A stretch of DNA of 64,000 nucleotides, taken from contig CALQZS010000001.1 of NCBI GenBank assembly GCA_943349945.1, positions 130,803-194,802 on the forward strand, written 5' to 3'. Below, piece by piece: positions 28,476 to 36,681 of the stretch. The notes beneath the pieces are model-generated. The model saw nothing but the letters and a program-made list of their open reading frames with translations. It had not been told where the DNA came from and searched no databases. How positions within the stretch are numbered: the first letter of the stretch is position 1; each line of letters opens with the position of its first letter. The translations under genes were made by a program, and so were the position numbers. The DNA comes from Candidatus Nomurabacteria bacterium (GTDB lineage: Bacteria; Patescibacteriota; Minisyncoccia; Phycocordibacterales; SBAW01).

Positions 28476-29246
28476 CTATAGTTCGCGCTTACCCAGCAAA
28501 AGCGACGCGCCAAACAAAAGCACCCCCGCGTAGAGCACCGCGTAGGCAACAGTGGTGAGCATGTGCGCCGTGGTGGGCACCCCGCCGTACAGCACCAACT
28601 CGCGCACGTTAAACTTTTCGAGGTTGGGCAATATGTAGTAGAGGCTCGTCAGCACCGGCTGCAGCGCGGCAGGCGCCGACAGCGCCGGCAAGAGCGACAA
28701 AGAATGCCCGATGTATAAACAGACAATAGTGTAGACCGTGGACGCAAGCGGCCGCGCAAAGGTAGAAAAAAATATAGCCAACGCGATGATGAGCCCTAGC
28801 TCCAACAATTCGTACCCCACGGCAAACATAGCCCCCGTATCTACCCCGCCGCCGCCGTACCACACCAGCCCCAGGTATACCGCGAGCATCCCCGCCACCG
28901 ACACCGCCACGCTGGCAAGCAGGCCACTAAACTTGCCCACCACCATTTGCCAACGGCTCACCGGCTTGGACAAAATAAAGTATGCGGTTTTTCTTTCGAG
29001 CTCTTTAAACACCAAGGACGTCGCCAAAAAGATGGTGATGAGCAAGCCAAAGAGATACATCCCCGCCAACCCCAAACTCCGCACTATGTGCAAGTTTTCG
29101 CCCAGCGATATCGAACCCAAAAACAGCGTAAAGGTGCTAAAGATAAACGCAAAAATCCAGATGCCGTACAGCACCTTGTCGCGCACATTTTCTATAAACG
29201 TGCTCTGCATCAATACAAACAGGGTATGTGCTATGCGGGATATCAT
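28476..29246 (-). CDS. ABC-2 type transporter permease
   Basis: Six predicted TM segments. Overlaps the upstream ATPase gene by 4 nt. Confidence 0.7.
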   Translation of the reverse strand: MISRIAHTLFVLMQSTFIENVRDKVLYGIWIFAFIFSTFTLFLGSISLGENLHIVRSLGLAGMYLFGLLITIFLATSLVFKELERKTAYFILSKPVSRWQMVVGKFSGLLASVAVSVAGMLAVYLGLVWYGGGGVDTGAMFAVGYELLELGLIIALAIFFSTFARPLASTVYTIVCLYIGHSLSLLPALSAPAALQPVLTSLYYILPNLEKFNVRELVLYGGVPTTAHMLTTVAYAVLYAGVLLFGASLLLGKREL

Positions 29247-29953
29247 GCTGTTTTGGTTATGGCGGTAATGGTGTCTACAAACTGCTCTTCGAGCGAGCGT
29301 CCGTGGGTAAACGCGTCGACCGCCCCCGCATACACCAGTGAACCCCGGTGCAAGATGCCTATCTGGTCGCAGATTTCTTCCATATCAAACAAAATATGCG
29401 AGTTAAAGAAAACTGTTTTGCCTTGTGCCTTGAGGTCGAGGATTATTTTTTTTAATTCCAAGCGGCCAATAGGGTCCAAGCCGTCGAGCGGCTCATCCAA
29501 AAAGATATAGTCGGGGTCGTTGACTATTGCTTGGGCAAACCCCAGGCGCTGCTTCATACCTTTGGAGTAGTCGGCTATGGTGAGGTCGCGCGCCTCGTAT
29601 ATCCCCACCCGCTCTAACAACTCGCCGCAGGCCTGTTTTGTTTTAGGGTAGCGAAAGAGGTGCGAACAAAAACACAAAAACTCTAGACCCGTCAGGTGGC
29701 CATAGTAGTGCGGCGTCTCGGGCATAAAGCCGATGCGCTCGCGCACCGAGCGGTGCGTCGGCGCCACTTTGTCTATCAAAATAGAGCCTGCATTTGGCTG
29801 GTTGAGCCCCACCAGCATTTTGATGGTGGTGGTTTTGCCCGCGCCGTTTTGCCCCAAAAAACCAAACACCGTGCCTTGCGGCACGGTAAACGAAACGTTA
29901 TCGATCACAACTCGACCAAGGATTTTTTTGTGTATACCCTGCACTTCTAGCAT
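29243..29953 (-). CDS. ABC transporter ATP-binding protein
   Basis: Walker A GQNGAGKTTT, signature-like region, Walker B IFLDEPLDGLD. Confidence 0.9.
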   Translation of the reverse strand: MLEVQGIHKKILGRVVIDNVSFTVPQGTVFGFLGQNGAGKTTTIKMLVGLNQPNAGSILIDKVAPTHRSVRERIGFMPETPHYYGHLTGLEFLCFCSHLFRYPKTKQACGELLERVGIYEARDLTIADYSKGMKQRLGFAQAIVNDPDYIFLDEPLDGLDPIGRLELKKIILDLKAQGKTVFFNSHILFDMEEICDQIGILHRGSLVYAGAVDAFTHGRSLEEQFVDTITAITKTA

Positions 29954-29985
29954 AGAGCTATTATACGCAGTGCAGGTGCCCCGTG

Positions 29986-31104
29986 CTAGTCATTGTCTGG
30001 CAGCAAATCAATATCGCCCACGCGTGGCAGCGCGCCATCAAAGCGTCGCTCCGCCTTGAGGTACGTCTCGAGTTCTACAGCGCTCTGCAGCGCAGTATCA
30101 AACTGCACCACCGCCGTGTCATAGTCGGCTGCACCAAAGGCAGTGTCGCCCGCACTCATCAGCACGCTGGTCGAAGCAAGCACGGTTTGGACATACTCTG
30201 CCAATTTTTCATCTTTTAGAGAAAGAGCGTGGATACGCCCAAGCACCAAACGCGTACGCGCCTTCAATTGTGCTGCAACAGCTTGGCCACTAAGCGACCC
30301 TTCGTCTGGCGCCGGCGCAGCCACCTGCGGCACTGGCTCGCTGGTTGTTGCCGCTATGGACATCACTTTGGCTGCTTTTGCAGCCACTGCCACAGGCTCG
30401 CTCCGGCGCTCCAAGACCACACGCTTACTTTCTTTGACAGGCTTGTTTGCCTCTGCTGCTGCGGTGGCGTGCATCCGCACCCGTACCGCAAACTTTCGCG
30501 ATGTGTTTTTTGTTTCTTCGTCGGGACTTTGTTCGCCCAAGTGGCTCAACACTGCATCGTTGACCGCCAAGGACGACGCGAGTTGCGTGCTAATTTGTGC
30601 TGCGGCACCTGGGTCCTCTATCTCGAGCACCTCTGTCAAAGACTGCGCTGCCGCCACATGCTCGTCGAGCTGCAGCTGCAGCTGCTCTGCCACGGTGGTC
30701 GTAAACTTGCCCTGCGAGGCAAGATCTTGTGCCTCTTCTACGCGACGCTCGGCCAATACTGCTTGCGCCTCGGCTTTGGCGGTGGGCGTTGTGGCAAGTG
30801 CTATTTCTACAAACTCGTTTACGTGGATCTTCACCGCGTACAGCAAGTCGCCAGGCAATGCGGTTTGTGCCGCGTAGCTGGTGCCGCCGCCGCTACCCGC
30901 TACAAACACAAACAATATGAGTGCCGCGAAGGTACGCTGCAATACTACATGGTTGAATATAAAAAAGTGATACGGACTTTGCACCAAGGGAGACGCGGGG
31001 TTAAGCGCCATGCGCTCGCTCAGGCGGGCACGCAAAGTAGCCTTCTCTTGTACAGTAAGGCGGACACGCAAACCTTCGTTTTTAAATTCTTCGGTAAATT
31101 TCAT
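29986..31104 (-). CDS. DUF5667-like membrane protein, putative anti-sigma factor partner
   Basis: Overlaps the ECF sigma gene by 4 nt. Single TM, Ala-rich helical C-terminus. Confidence 0.45.
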   Translation of the reverse strand: MKFTEEFKNEGLRVRLTVQEKATLRARLSERMALNPASPLVQSPYHFFIFNHVVLQRTFAALILFVFVAGSGGGTSYAAQTALPGDLLYAVKIHVNEFVEIALATTPTAKAEAQAVLAERRVEEAQDLASQGKFTTTVAEQLQLQLDEHVAAAQSLTEVLEIEDPGAAAQISTQLASSLAVNDAVLSHLGEQSPDEETKNTSRKFAVRVRMHATAAAEANKPVKESKRVVLERRSEPVAVAAKAAKVMSIAATTSEPVPQVAAPAPDEGSLSGQAVAAQLKARTRLVLGRIHALSLKDEKLAEYVQTVLASTSVLMSAGDTAFGAADYDTAVVQFDTALQSAVELETYLKAERRFDGALPRVGDIDLLPDND

Positions 31105-31637
31105 GATTGTGCTTCTGGTTCCATGAGCGTACGGAGCTTTTTGAGCCCGCGGTGTATCCGCACCGATACCACATTTTCGCTCTCTTCTATCGACTCTGCA
31201 ATCTCTTTTGGACTAAAGCCCTCTATATAGCGCAGCGCCAACACCTCGCGGTATGGGTCGGCCAACTTGGCCAGCGCCGCGAGCGCGCGCTTGCCGTCGA
31301 AGCGGTCCATAGCAGCTTCGAGCGCGTTTGTCTCGTCGGCAGGTAAAAGGGACTCCACCGTCTCGCCGCCCTCGCCGCTTTCGACCATCTGTTCGAGCGA
31401 TGTGGTTTTGTGCTTGCGGTACTCGTCGACAATAAGGTTATGTAGCGTGCGGTAAAAGAAGGGACGGTAGTCGTGGATTTCTTCGCCGCGCGAGACATAG
31501 GCCCACGCACGCAGAAAAGTCTCTTGCGTCAAGTCGAGCGCCCGCTCCCTGTCGGAGAGCCTGAGTGTCGCATGCCGGAAAAGCTCGTCGGCATACCGCT
31601 CAAAGGCAGCAGTAAATTGTTTTTCTGTGTCTACCAT
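31101..31637 (-). CDS. ECF-type RNA polymerase sigma-70 factor
   Basis: Region 2 (FLRAWAYV...YRTLHNLIVDEYR) and region 4 HTH (LRYIEGFSPKEIAESIEESENVVSVRIHRGLKKL). Confidence 0.85.
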   Translation of the reverse strand: MVDTEKQFTAAFERYADELFRHATLRLSDRERALDLTQETFLRAWAYVSRGEEIHDYRPFFYRTLHNLIVDEYRKHKTTSLEQMVESGEGGETVESLLPADETNALEAAMDRFDGKRALAALAKLADPYREVLALRYIEGFSPKEIAESIEESENVVSVRIHRGLKKLRTLMEPEAQS

Positions 31638-31713
31638 ATATAGAGACGGATGAGAGCCTCTACTCTTTCATCGCCTACCTATTCTACCCTATACAACCCG
31701 TACACTAGACGCA

Positions 31714-31746
31714 AAAACACCACCCCTAAACAGGGTGGTGTTTTTA
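31714..31746 (-). terminator. intrinsic terminator (minus strand) ending the hammerhead-containing transcript
   Basis: Minus sense ACACCACCC uguuuag GGGUGGUGU followed by UUUUUG. Also works on plus (bidirectional). Confidence 0.65.
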
Positions 31747-31866
31747 AACATCCATAGGGCCACGAGCCATGCACAGTGGTTAGAGGAGAGAGTTTTTTGC
31801 TCCGTCTTGGCTAGTGCAATTTGGAGCTTCTCACACAGCGTGACTCATGACCCTATAGAGATTTTT

Positions 31867-31917
31867 ACCTTTTCGTCCTTTTGGACTCATCAGCCCGGGC
31901 ACACACCCGAGGAAAGT
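31867..31917 (-). ncRNA. hammerhead self-cleaving ribozyme motif, type III
   Basis: Minus sense: GACUUUC^CUCGGG-UGUGUG-CCCGGG-CUGAUGA-GUCC-AAAA-GGAC-GAAA-AGGUA. All invariant core nucleotides are present (CUGAUGA, GAAA, U16.1-H17 = UC). Stem I is 6 bp with a 6-nt loop, stem II is 4 bp with an AAAA loop and the G10.1-C11.1 closing pair, and stem III is 5 bp and open. Predicted cleavage lies between plus coordinates 31912 and 31911. Confidence 0.7.
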
Positions 31918-32009
31918 CGGACGACACGCAGCGTTGTTGCGCCGTGTCGCCCGTTAGCCCCGGACTAGCCGGGGCGGCCGGGGATGATTTTGCGGTAATC
32001 ATCCTGTTG

Positions 32010-32402
32010 TTAGGTGCCGCATATAGCGGCCACGAACTGCTTCGCAAGTTCTTGGCGATTCAGTTCTGACGCCCGATCGTCGCTGGGGACGCACGGGGAC
32101 TTAGTTAACCCGTACGCCAAAGAAGCGTAACTCACCGCCATCGACGGATTGTAACCGCCCCAAAAGCGAGCGGCCTCAGCCGCTGCCAGAACGGCGAACT
32201 TCTTCGCCGCCTGTGAGTCCTCAATGGACACATCGAATGGTCGGTCAGCGTGACCGAAAACCCCAAAAAGGGCCCTTTCGATTTCATAGAGTACCCGCTC
32301 TGAAATCTCTCCACCCACTATCATCCATTGGACGACCTGTGGGTTGGGCATCCACAGCCCAGCGACAACAAGCGCTGCCATTCGCGCATGTACTATTGTC
32401 AT
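32010..32402 (-). CDS. hypothetical protein (130 aa)
   Basis: RBS GGAGAG 4 nt before ATG. Preceded by a ~365-nt structured leader and consensus promoter, followed by the hammerhead ribozyme. No family recognised. Confidence 0.45.
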   Translation of the reverse strand: MTIVHARMAALVVAGLWMPNPQVVQWMIVGGEISERVLYEIERALFGVFGHADRPFDVSIEDSQAAKKFAVLAAAEAARFWGGYNPSMAVSYASLAYGLTKSPCVPSDDRASELNRQELAKQFVAAICGT

Positions 32403-32770
32403 TTTACTCTCCGTTTTTTTGAGCGTTGGATTTTGCCAACGCTCGGGTTTAGAACATCAGGGTGCAATTTCTTGCGATCCCTCTTGCCGCACCGAGCATT
32501 AGAGTGCATCCATCTGCACTAGGCAGACAGGCTCATGACTCGGTAAGGCGAAGAGGAACAACAAAGGTGATCTTTCGATCGTTTGTTATTTCCCGACGCC
32601 AATATTTGGGTCGGGATCCCGACTTTGCGGGATCTATTCGCTATTCTTTTGTCAAAGAATGTCTCTCTTTCGAGAGAAGTCGGATGGCAAAATGGGCCAA
32701 ATATAAAAGATGTGCCTTTTGCCGTCCGGCTTCTCCCTACGACTCTCTCCTCTAAGAGGTAATCGTTAAA
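32403..32770 (-). promoter_or_regulatory. long highly structured 5' leader (candidate riboswitch / regulatory RNA)
   Basis: About 365 nt between the predicted TSS and the ORF. Contains a ~19-bp helix (GAGAAGCCGGACGGCAAAA...UUUUGCCAUCCGACUUCUC), several GAAA-tetraloop hairpins (CUCUC GAAA GAGAG, GAUC GAAA GAUC), and palindromes (GUCGGGAUCCCGAC). Confidence 0.45.
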
Positions 32771-32776
32771 CCCATT

Positions 32777-32805
32777 ATACCCCCTTATTCCGAGTTTGTC
32801 AAGTA
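32777..32805 (-). promoter_or_regulatory. consensus sigma70-type promoter (TTGACA-17-TATAAT) on minus strand
   Basis: Minus sense TTGACA (32805..32800), 17-nt spacer, TATAAT (32782..32777). Confidence 0.55.
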
Positions 32806-32889
32806 GTTCGAGGCGCTCATAACCAAACAGGCAAAATAGCCCTATACATAAGGCTTTTTAGGCACTCTAGAGCCTGCCTTGCTTTGTAG

Positions 32890-34056
32890 CTACCGCACAG
32901 CCTTTGCAACCGCCTCCATGACCCCTTTGTCGAAGGGCCCAGGGATTATTTTGTCTGCCGTAGGCTTTTTGACCAGCGCAGCCAAGTTGTGGGCGGCAGC
33001 CAACTTCATCTTGTCGGTGATTTTGGTGACCTTGTGGTCGAGCGCTCCGCGGAAGATGCCGGGGAATGCTAGCGAATTGTTGATTTGGTTTGGGAAGTCG
33101 CTCCGCCCTGTGGCCACCACAGCTGCCCCTCCCCGCATAGCATCGCCCGGCATAATTTCGGGAGTCGGGTTGGCAAGCCCAAAAACAATCGCACGCGGTG
33201 CCATCATTTGCACGTGCCGCGCCTGCATCAGCCCCGGGCCAGAAACCCCCACCACAGCGTCCGCCCCCGCAAGCGCATCTTCTAAACCTCCCTGTATCTT
33301 GCGTGGGTTTGTGTGTTTGGCCAGCGCCTGCTTGTGCGGCTCGTTACTATTCACCGTGATGATTCCTTTACTGTCGAGGACGATTACATCTTTAACACCC
33401 GCCAAGAGCAGCAGCTTGGTTACGGCGGTGCCTGCAGCACCCGCGCCAGCCACTACTACTTTTAATTTCTTTAGATCTTTCTTTACCACCTTTGCTGCGT
33501 TAATGAGCGCTGCGAGCACCACAATTGCTGTGCCGTGCTGGTCGTCGTGCATCACGGGGATGTTGAGCGCCGCCTTTACCCTGTCTTCTATCTCAAAACA
33601 ATTGGGCGCAGTAAAGTCTTCGAGGTTGATGCCACCGAATGCGGGCGCAATGCGCACAATAGTCTCGACAATCTCGTCGACGTTTTGTGTATCGAGCACA
33701 ATCGGGAATGCGTCTACGTCTGCAAACGACTTAAACAGCGCAGCCTTACCCTCCATAACCGGCAGCGCACCATAGGGCCCGATGTTGCCCAACCCCAACA
33801 CTGCCGAGCCGTCGGAGATAACCGCGACCATGCGTTTTTTTATTGTGTATTCTTTTGCGAGCGTCTCTTGTTTTTTTGTTGGGTGGAGTTTGCCTTTAGT
33901 GCCCGCGACAAGTGTCGACACCGCCGCCACGCCCGGCGTGTATACCAAACTCAAGTCGTCTCTGTTTGTAACGGGCGCTGCTGCCTGGATGCGAATTTTA
34001 CCCCCGAGTTTTTTGTGTAATGCAATTGCCTTTGCTGCGGTGTCGTTTTTTGCCAT
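32890..34056 (-). CDS. NAD(P)-dependent malic enzyme
   Basis: Start at MAKNDTAAKAIALH (internal Met of the longer ORF). VYTPGVAAV..., GLGNIGPYGALPVMEGKAALFK, VVAGAGAAGTAV Rossmann motif. 389 aa. Confidence 0.85.
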   Translation of the reverse strand: MAKNDTAAKAIALHKKLGGKIRIQAAAPVTNRDDLSLVYTPGVAAVSTLVAGTKGKLHPTKKQETLAKEYTIKKRMVAVISDGSAVLGLGNIGPYGALPVMEGKAALFKSFADVDAFPIVLDTQNVDEIVETIVRIAPAFGGINLEDFTAPNCFEIEDRVKAALNIPVMHDDQHGTAIVVLAALINAAKVVKKDLKKLKVVVAGAGAAGTAVTKLLLLAGVKDVIVLDSKGIITVNSNEPHKQALAKHTNPRKIQGGLEDALAGADAVVGVSGPGLMQARHVQMMAPRAIVFGLANPTPEIMPGDAMRGGAAVVATGRSDFPNQINNSLAFPGIFRGALDHKVTKITDKMKLAAAHNLAALVKKPTADKIIPGPFDKGVMEAVAKAVR

Positions 34057-34116
34057 GCGGTTGGTCAGATAAATGGATATGCCTTTATTGTAGCAAGCTT
34101 TTGGTATGATTGTTGC

Positions 34117-36378
34117 ATGGAGCTTGCCGACCTGCTTACCCAACACTTCCGCCTGAGCGAGCCACACAGGCAAGCGCTGCACAAGCTCGGCATACACAGC
34201 ATTGGCGACCTTGTGCACCACTTCCCCTCTCGCTATGAGGCGCCAGGCAATGAGTCGGCCATTGCGGGGCTCACTCTTGGCATGGACGCAGCCGTTACCG
34301 GGGTACTAGAAAAATTGGAGACAAAAAAGTCGTGGAAGCGGCGCATCCCCGTGTCGGAAGGATATTTGCGTGACAGCAGCGGACACATCAAGCTGATGTG
34401 GTTTAACCAGCCATACATAGCCAAGATGTATATGGACGGCACGACGGTGCGTGCCACGGGCAAAGTGTCGGGCTCGGCCGGAAAACTCTACCTCGCCAAC
34501 CCGCAGCTGGAAAAAGTTTCTGCTACAGAAGACGAATTGTTTACGGAGCAGCAGCATCCTGAAGAAAATGGTCTGGCCTCGCTTGCCCGACGTCCCGGCT
34601 CGCCGGGACTTGCGGGCGACGAGGAGAACCGAGGACCTTTTCGGAAGGATGCTGCTGCGAAGTTGTTCGCCGTCTATCCCGAAAGCCGCGGGGTTACATC
34701 GCTGTGGCTACGGCACGCAATACAAAAAATACTCTCCCACTCTGTACAAGGGTTACCCTTGGTAGAGCAGGTGCAAGACCCCATCCCGCCCGAGATTTTA
34801 AAACGCTACAACCTCCCCACCCTTAAAGCCGCTTTGGTGTGGATCCACACCCCCGAAAAACAAAAAGACGCCGACGCGGCGCGCAAGCGCTTTGCCTTTG
34901 AAGAAGTTTTTTTGATCCAGCTCGAGCGCAGGCAAGAGCGCATGCGCGCACTGCACGAGCAAAGCTTTGCGGTGGATGCACCGCCCCAGGCAATTGCCGA
35001 GTTTATGCAGACCTTCCCCTTTGCGGCAACGGGTGCGCAGCAGCGCGCGGTCGAACATATATTGACCGACATGCGCTCCGGCCAACCTATGTCGCGCCTG
35101 CTCGAGGGCGACGTAGGCAGCGGCAAAACTGCAGTAGCCGCCACCGCCGCATACGCGGCGGTACGCACACGCCCCACAAACCAAAACTTCGGCACACTCC
35201 AAGTAGCCTACATGGCGCCCACCGAGATTTTGGCCAAGCAACATTTCGAGTCGTTTATAAAATATTTTGTCCCCTTCCCCATAAACATCGGACTCATCAC
35301 CGGCTCGGGCTGTTTTAAATTCCCCTCTAAAGCGAGGCGAGGCGAAGCCACCACCATCTCGCGCACGCAACTGCTCAAGTGGGTGGCGGGGGGCGAAATT
35401 CCAATTTTAATTGGCACGCATGCACTTATTGAAAAGGCAGTGCAGTTTAAACACCTGAGTCTGGTGGTGATAGACGAGCAGCATCGCTTTGGCACCAACC
35501 AGCGCAAAAAGCTTGCCCGCAAAAACGGCGACGCGCGGATCCCCCACCTTCTTTCTATGACCGCCACCCCAATACCCCGCACCTTGGCGCTGACCGCCTA
35601 CGGCGACCTAGACCTGACGCTACTCGACGAGATGCCCGCAGGCCGCAAACCAATTATTACGGAAATTGTAAAACCCACAGAGCGTTCGCGAGCGTACGCA
35701 AAAATGCACGAGCAGCTGGCGGAAGGTCGCCAAGCGTATGTGATTTGCCCGCGCATAGACGAACCAGACCCAGAAAAAGCATTCGCTCTTCAAGCCAAGT
35801 CTGTCACCGCCGAGGCCAAGCGACTTAAAAAAGAGGTCTTCCAACAATATGAACTTGCGATATTACACAGCAAGATGACCCCAAAAGAAAAAGACGAGGT
35901 TATGGCGCGCTTTGCCCGGCACGAGATAGACATCCTGGTGGCCACGTCTGTGGTCGAGGTGGGGGTCAACGTGCCCAACGCGACTATGATCTTTATCGAA
36001 GGTGCCGAGCGTTTTGGCCTAGCCCAGCTGCACCAGCTGCGCGGGCGCGTGGTACGCTCCAACCACCAGGCATACTGTTTTGTCTGCCCCGAAAGCCGCG
36101 GAGAACATACACTCGCAAGACTCAAAGCCTTGGTAACGGCAAAAAATGGGTTCGAGTTGGCCGAGCAGGACTTGATGCAGCGCGGCCCCGGCGAACTTTC
36201 GGGCCGCAAACAATGGGGCATCTCGGACATCGGCATGGAAGCGCTTAAAAATATAAAACTGGTAGAAGCGGCACGCACTGAAGCGCTCAACATAATAGAA
36301 ACAGATGCCGAGCTTGGGCACTACCCACTCCTTAAAGAGGCACTTGCCCTAAGGGCCAAGGCACTACATTTCGAGTGA
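34117..36378 (+). CDS. recG: ATP-dependent DNA helicase RecG
   Basis: 753 aa. Walker A GDVGSGKT, DEQHRFG (DEAH-type), C-terminal helicase motifs (QLHQLRGRVVR). Confidence 0.9.
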   Translation: MELADLLTQHFRLSEPHRQALHKLGIHSIGDLVHHFPSRYEAPGNESAIAGLTLGMDAAVTGVLEKLETKKSWKRRIPVSEGYLRDSSGHIKLMWFNQPYIAKMYMDGTTVRATGKVSGSAGKLYLANPQLEKVSATEDELFTEQQHPEENGLASLARRPGSPGLAGDEENRGPFRKDAAAKLFAVYPESRGVTSLWLRHAIQKILSHSVQGLPLVEQVQDPIPPEILKRYNLPTLKAALVWIHTPEKQKDADAARKRFAFEEVFLIQLERRQERMRALHEQSFAVDAPPQAIAEFMQTFPFAATGAQQRAVEHILTDMRSGQPMSRLLEGDVGSGKTAVAATAAYAAVRTRPTNQNFGTLQVAYMAPTEILAKQHFESFIKYFVPFPINIGLITGSGCFKFPSKARRGEATTISRTQLLKWVAGGEIPILIGTHALIEKAVQFKHLSLVVIDEQHRFGTNQRKKLARKNGDARIPHLLSMTATPIPRTLALTAYGDLDLTLLDEMPAGRKPIITEIVKPTERSRAYAKMHEQLAEGRQAYVICPRIDEPDPEKAFALQAKSVTAEAKRLKKEVFQQYELAILHSKMTPKEKDEVMARFARHEIDILVATSVVEVGVNVPNATMIFIEGAERFGLAQLHQLRGRVVRSNHQAYCFVCPESRGEHTLARLKALVTAKNGFELAEQDLMQRGPGELSGRKQWGISDIGMEALKNIKLVEAARTEALNIIETDAELGHYPLLKEALALRAKALHFE

Positions 36379-36531
36379 CAAGAAGAAAGGGATTTCCCCT
36401 TACAGGGGCAGTACAGGTCTCGTATCGCACTTCATAAACTTTATGCGATATACTCGACCTTTTCAATCCCTGCACATACAGTGCATAGGCACTGTATTCG
36501 CGCCAATACTCGCTATGCTCGTTCTATTGTG

Positions 36532-36603
36532 TGGGCGCGGCAGGGATTGAACCTGCGACCAGTCGTGTATAAGACGACCGCTCTACCACTGAGCTACGCG
36601 CCC
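36532..36603 (-). tRNA. tRNA-Ile(UAU)
   Basis: Minus sense GGGCGCG UA GCUC aguggua GAGC G GUCGU cuUAUac ACGAC uggUC GCAGG uucaauc CCUGC CGCGCCC A. Anticodon loop CUUAUAC gives UAU. Confidence 0.8.
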
Positions 36604-36681
36604 GTGCTTCATACTCTATCTCAAACTAGGTCTTCATGCTATCCTGCCGGAGGTATCAACAGTACACAAGGAGGACTACCC

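Noticed and set aside
30229-31230. 333-aa plus-strand ORF
   Set aside because: Antisense to the DUF5667-like and sigma-factor genes. Cys/Arg-rich.
31905-31925. Plus-strand GAGGAAAGTCGGAC resembling the RNase P RNA P4 motif GAGGAAAGUCCGGGC
   Set aside because: No other RNase P conserved blocks (CAUAGGGCA, ACAGAACCCGGCUUA) are arranged appropriately around it. The sequence is the reverse complement of the hammerhead stem III/I junction, which explains the match completely.
32462-32755. 97-aa plus-strand ORF inside the structured leader
   Set aside because: Arg-rich and on the opposite strand to the promoter-driven transcript. The region is better explained as structured RNA.
31640-32890. tmRNA or other housekeeping RNA in the gene-poor block
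   Set aside because: tmRNA was located unambiguously elsewhere (41653-42028). No T-arm/acceptor pair is present here.
32879-33775. 298-aa plus-strand ORF
   Set aside because: Antisense to the malic enzyme gene. Ala/Ser/Thr-rich low-complexity.
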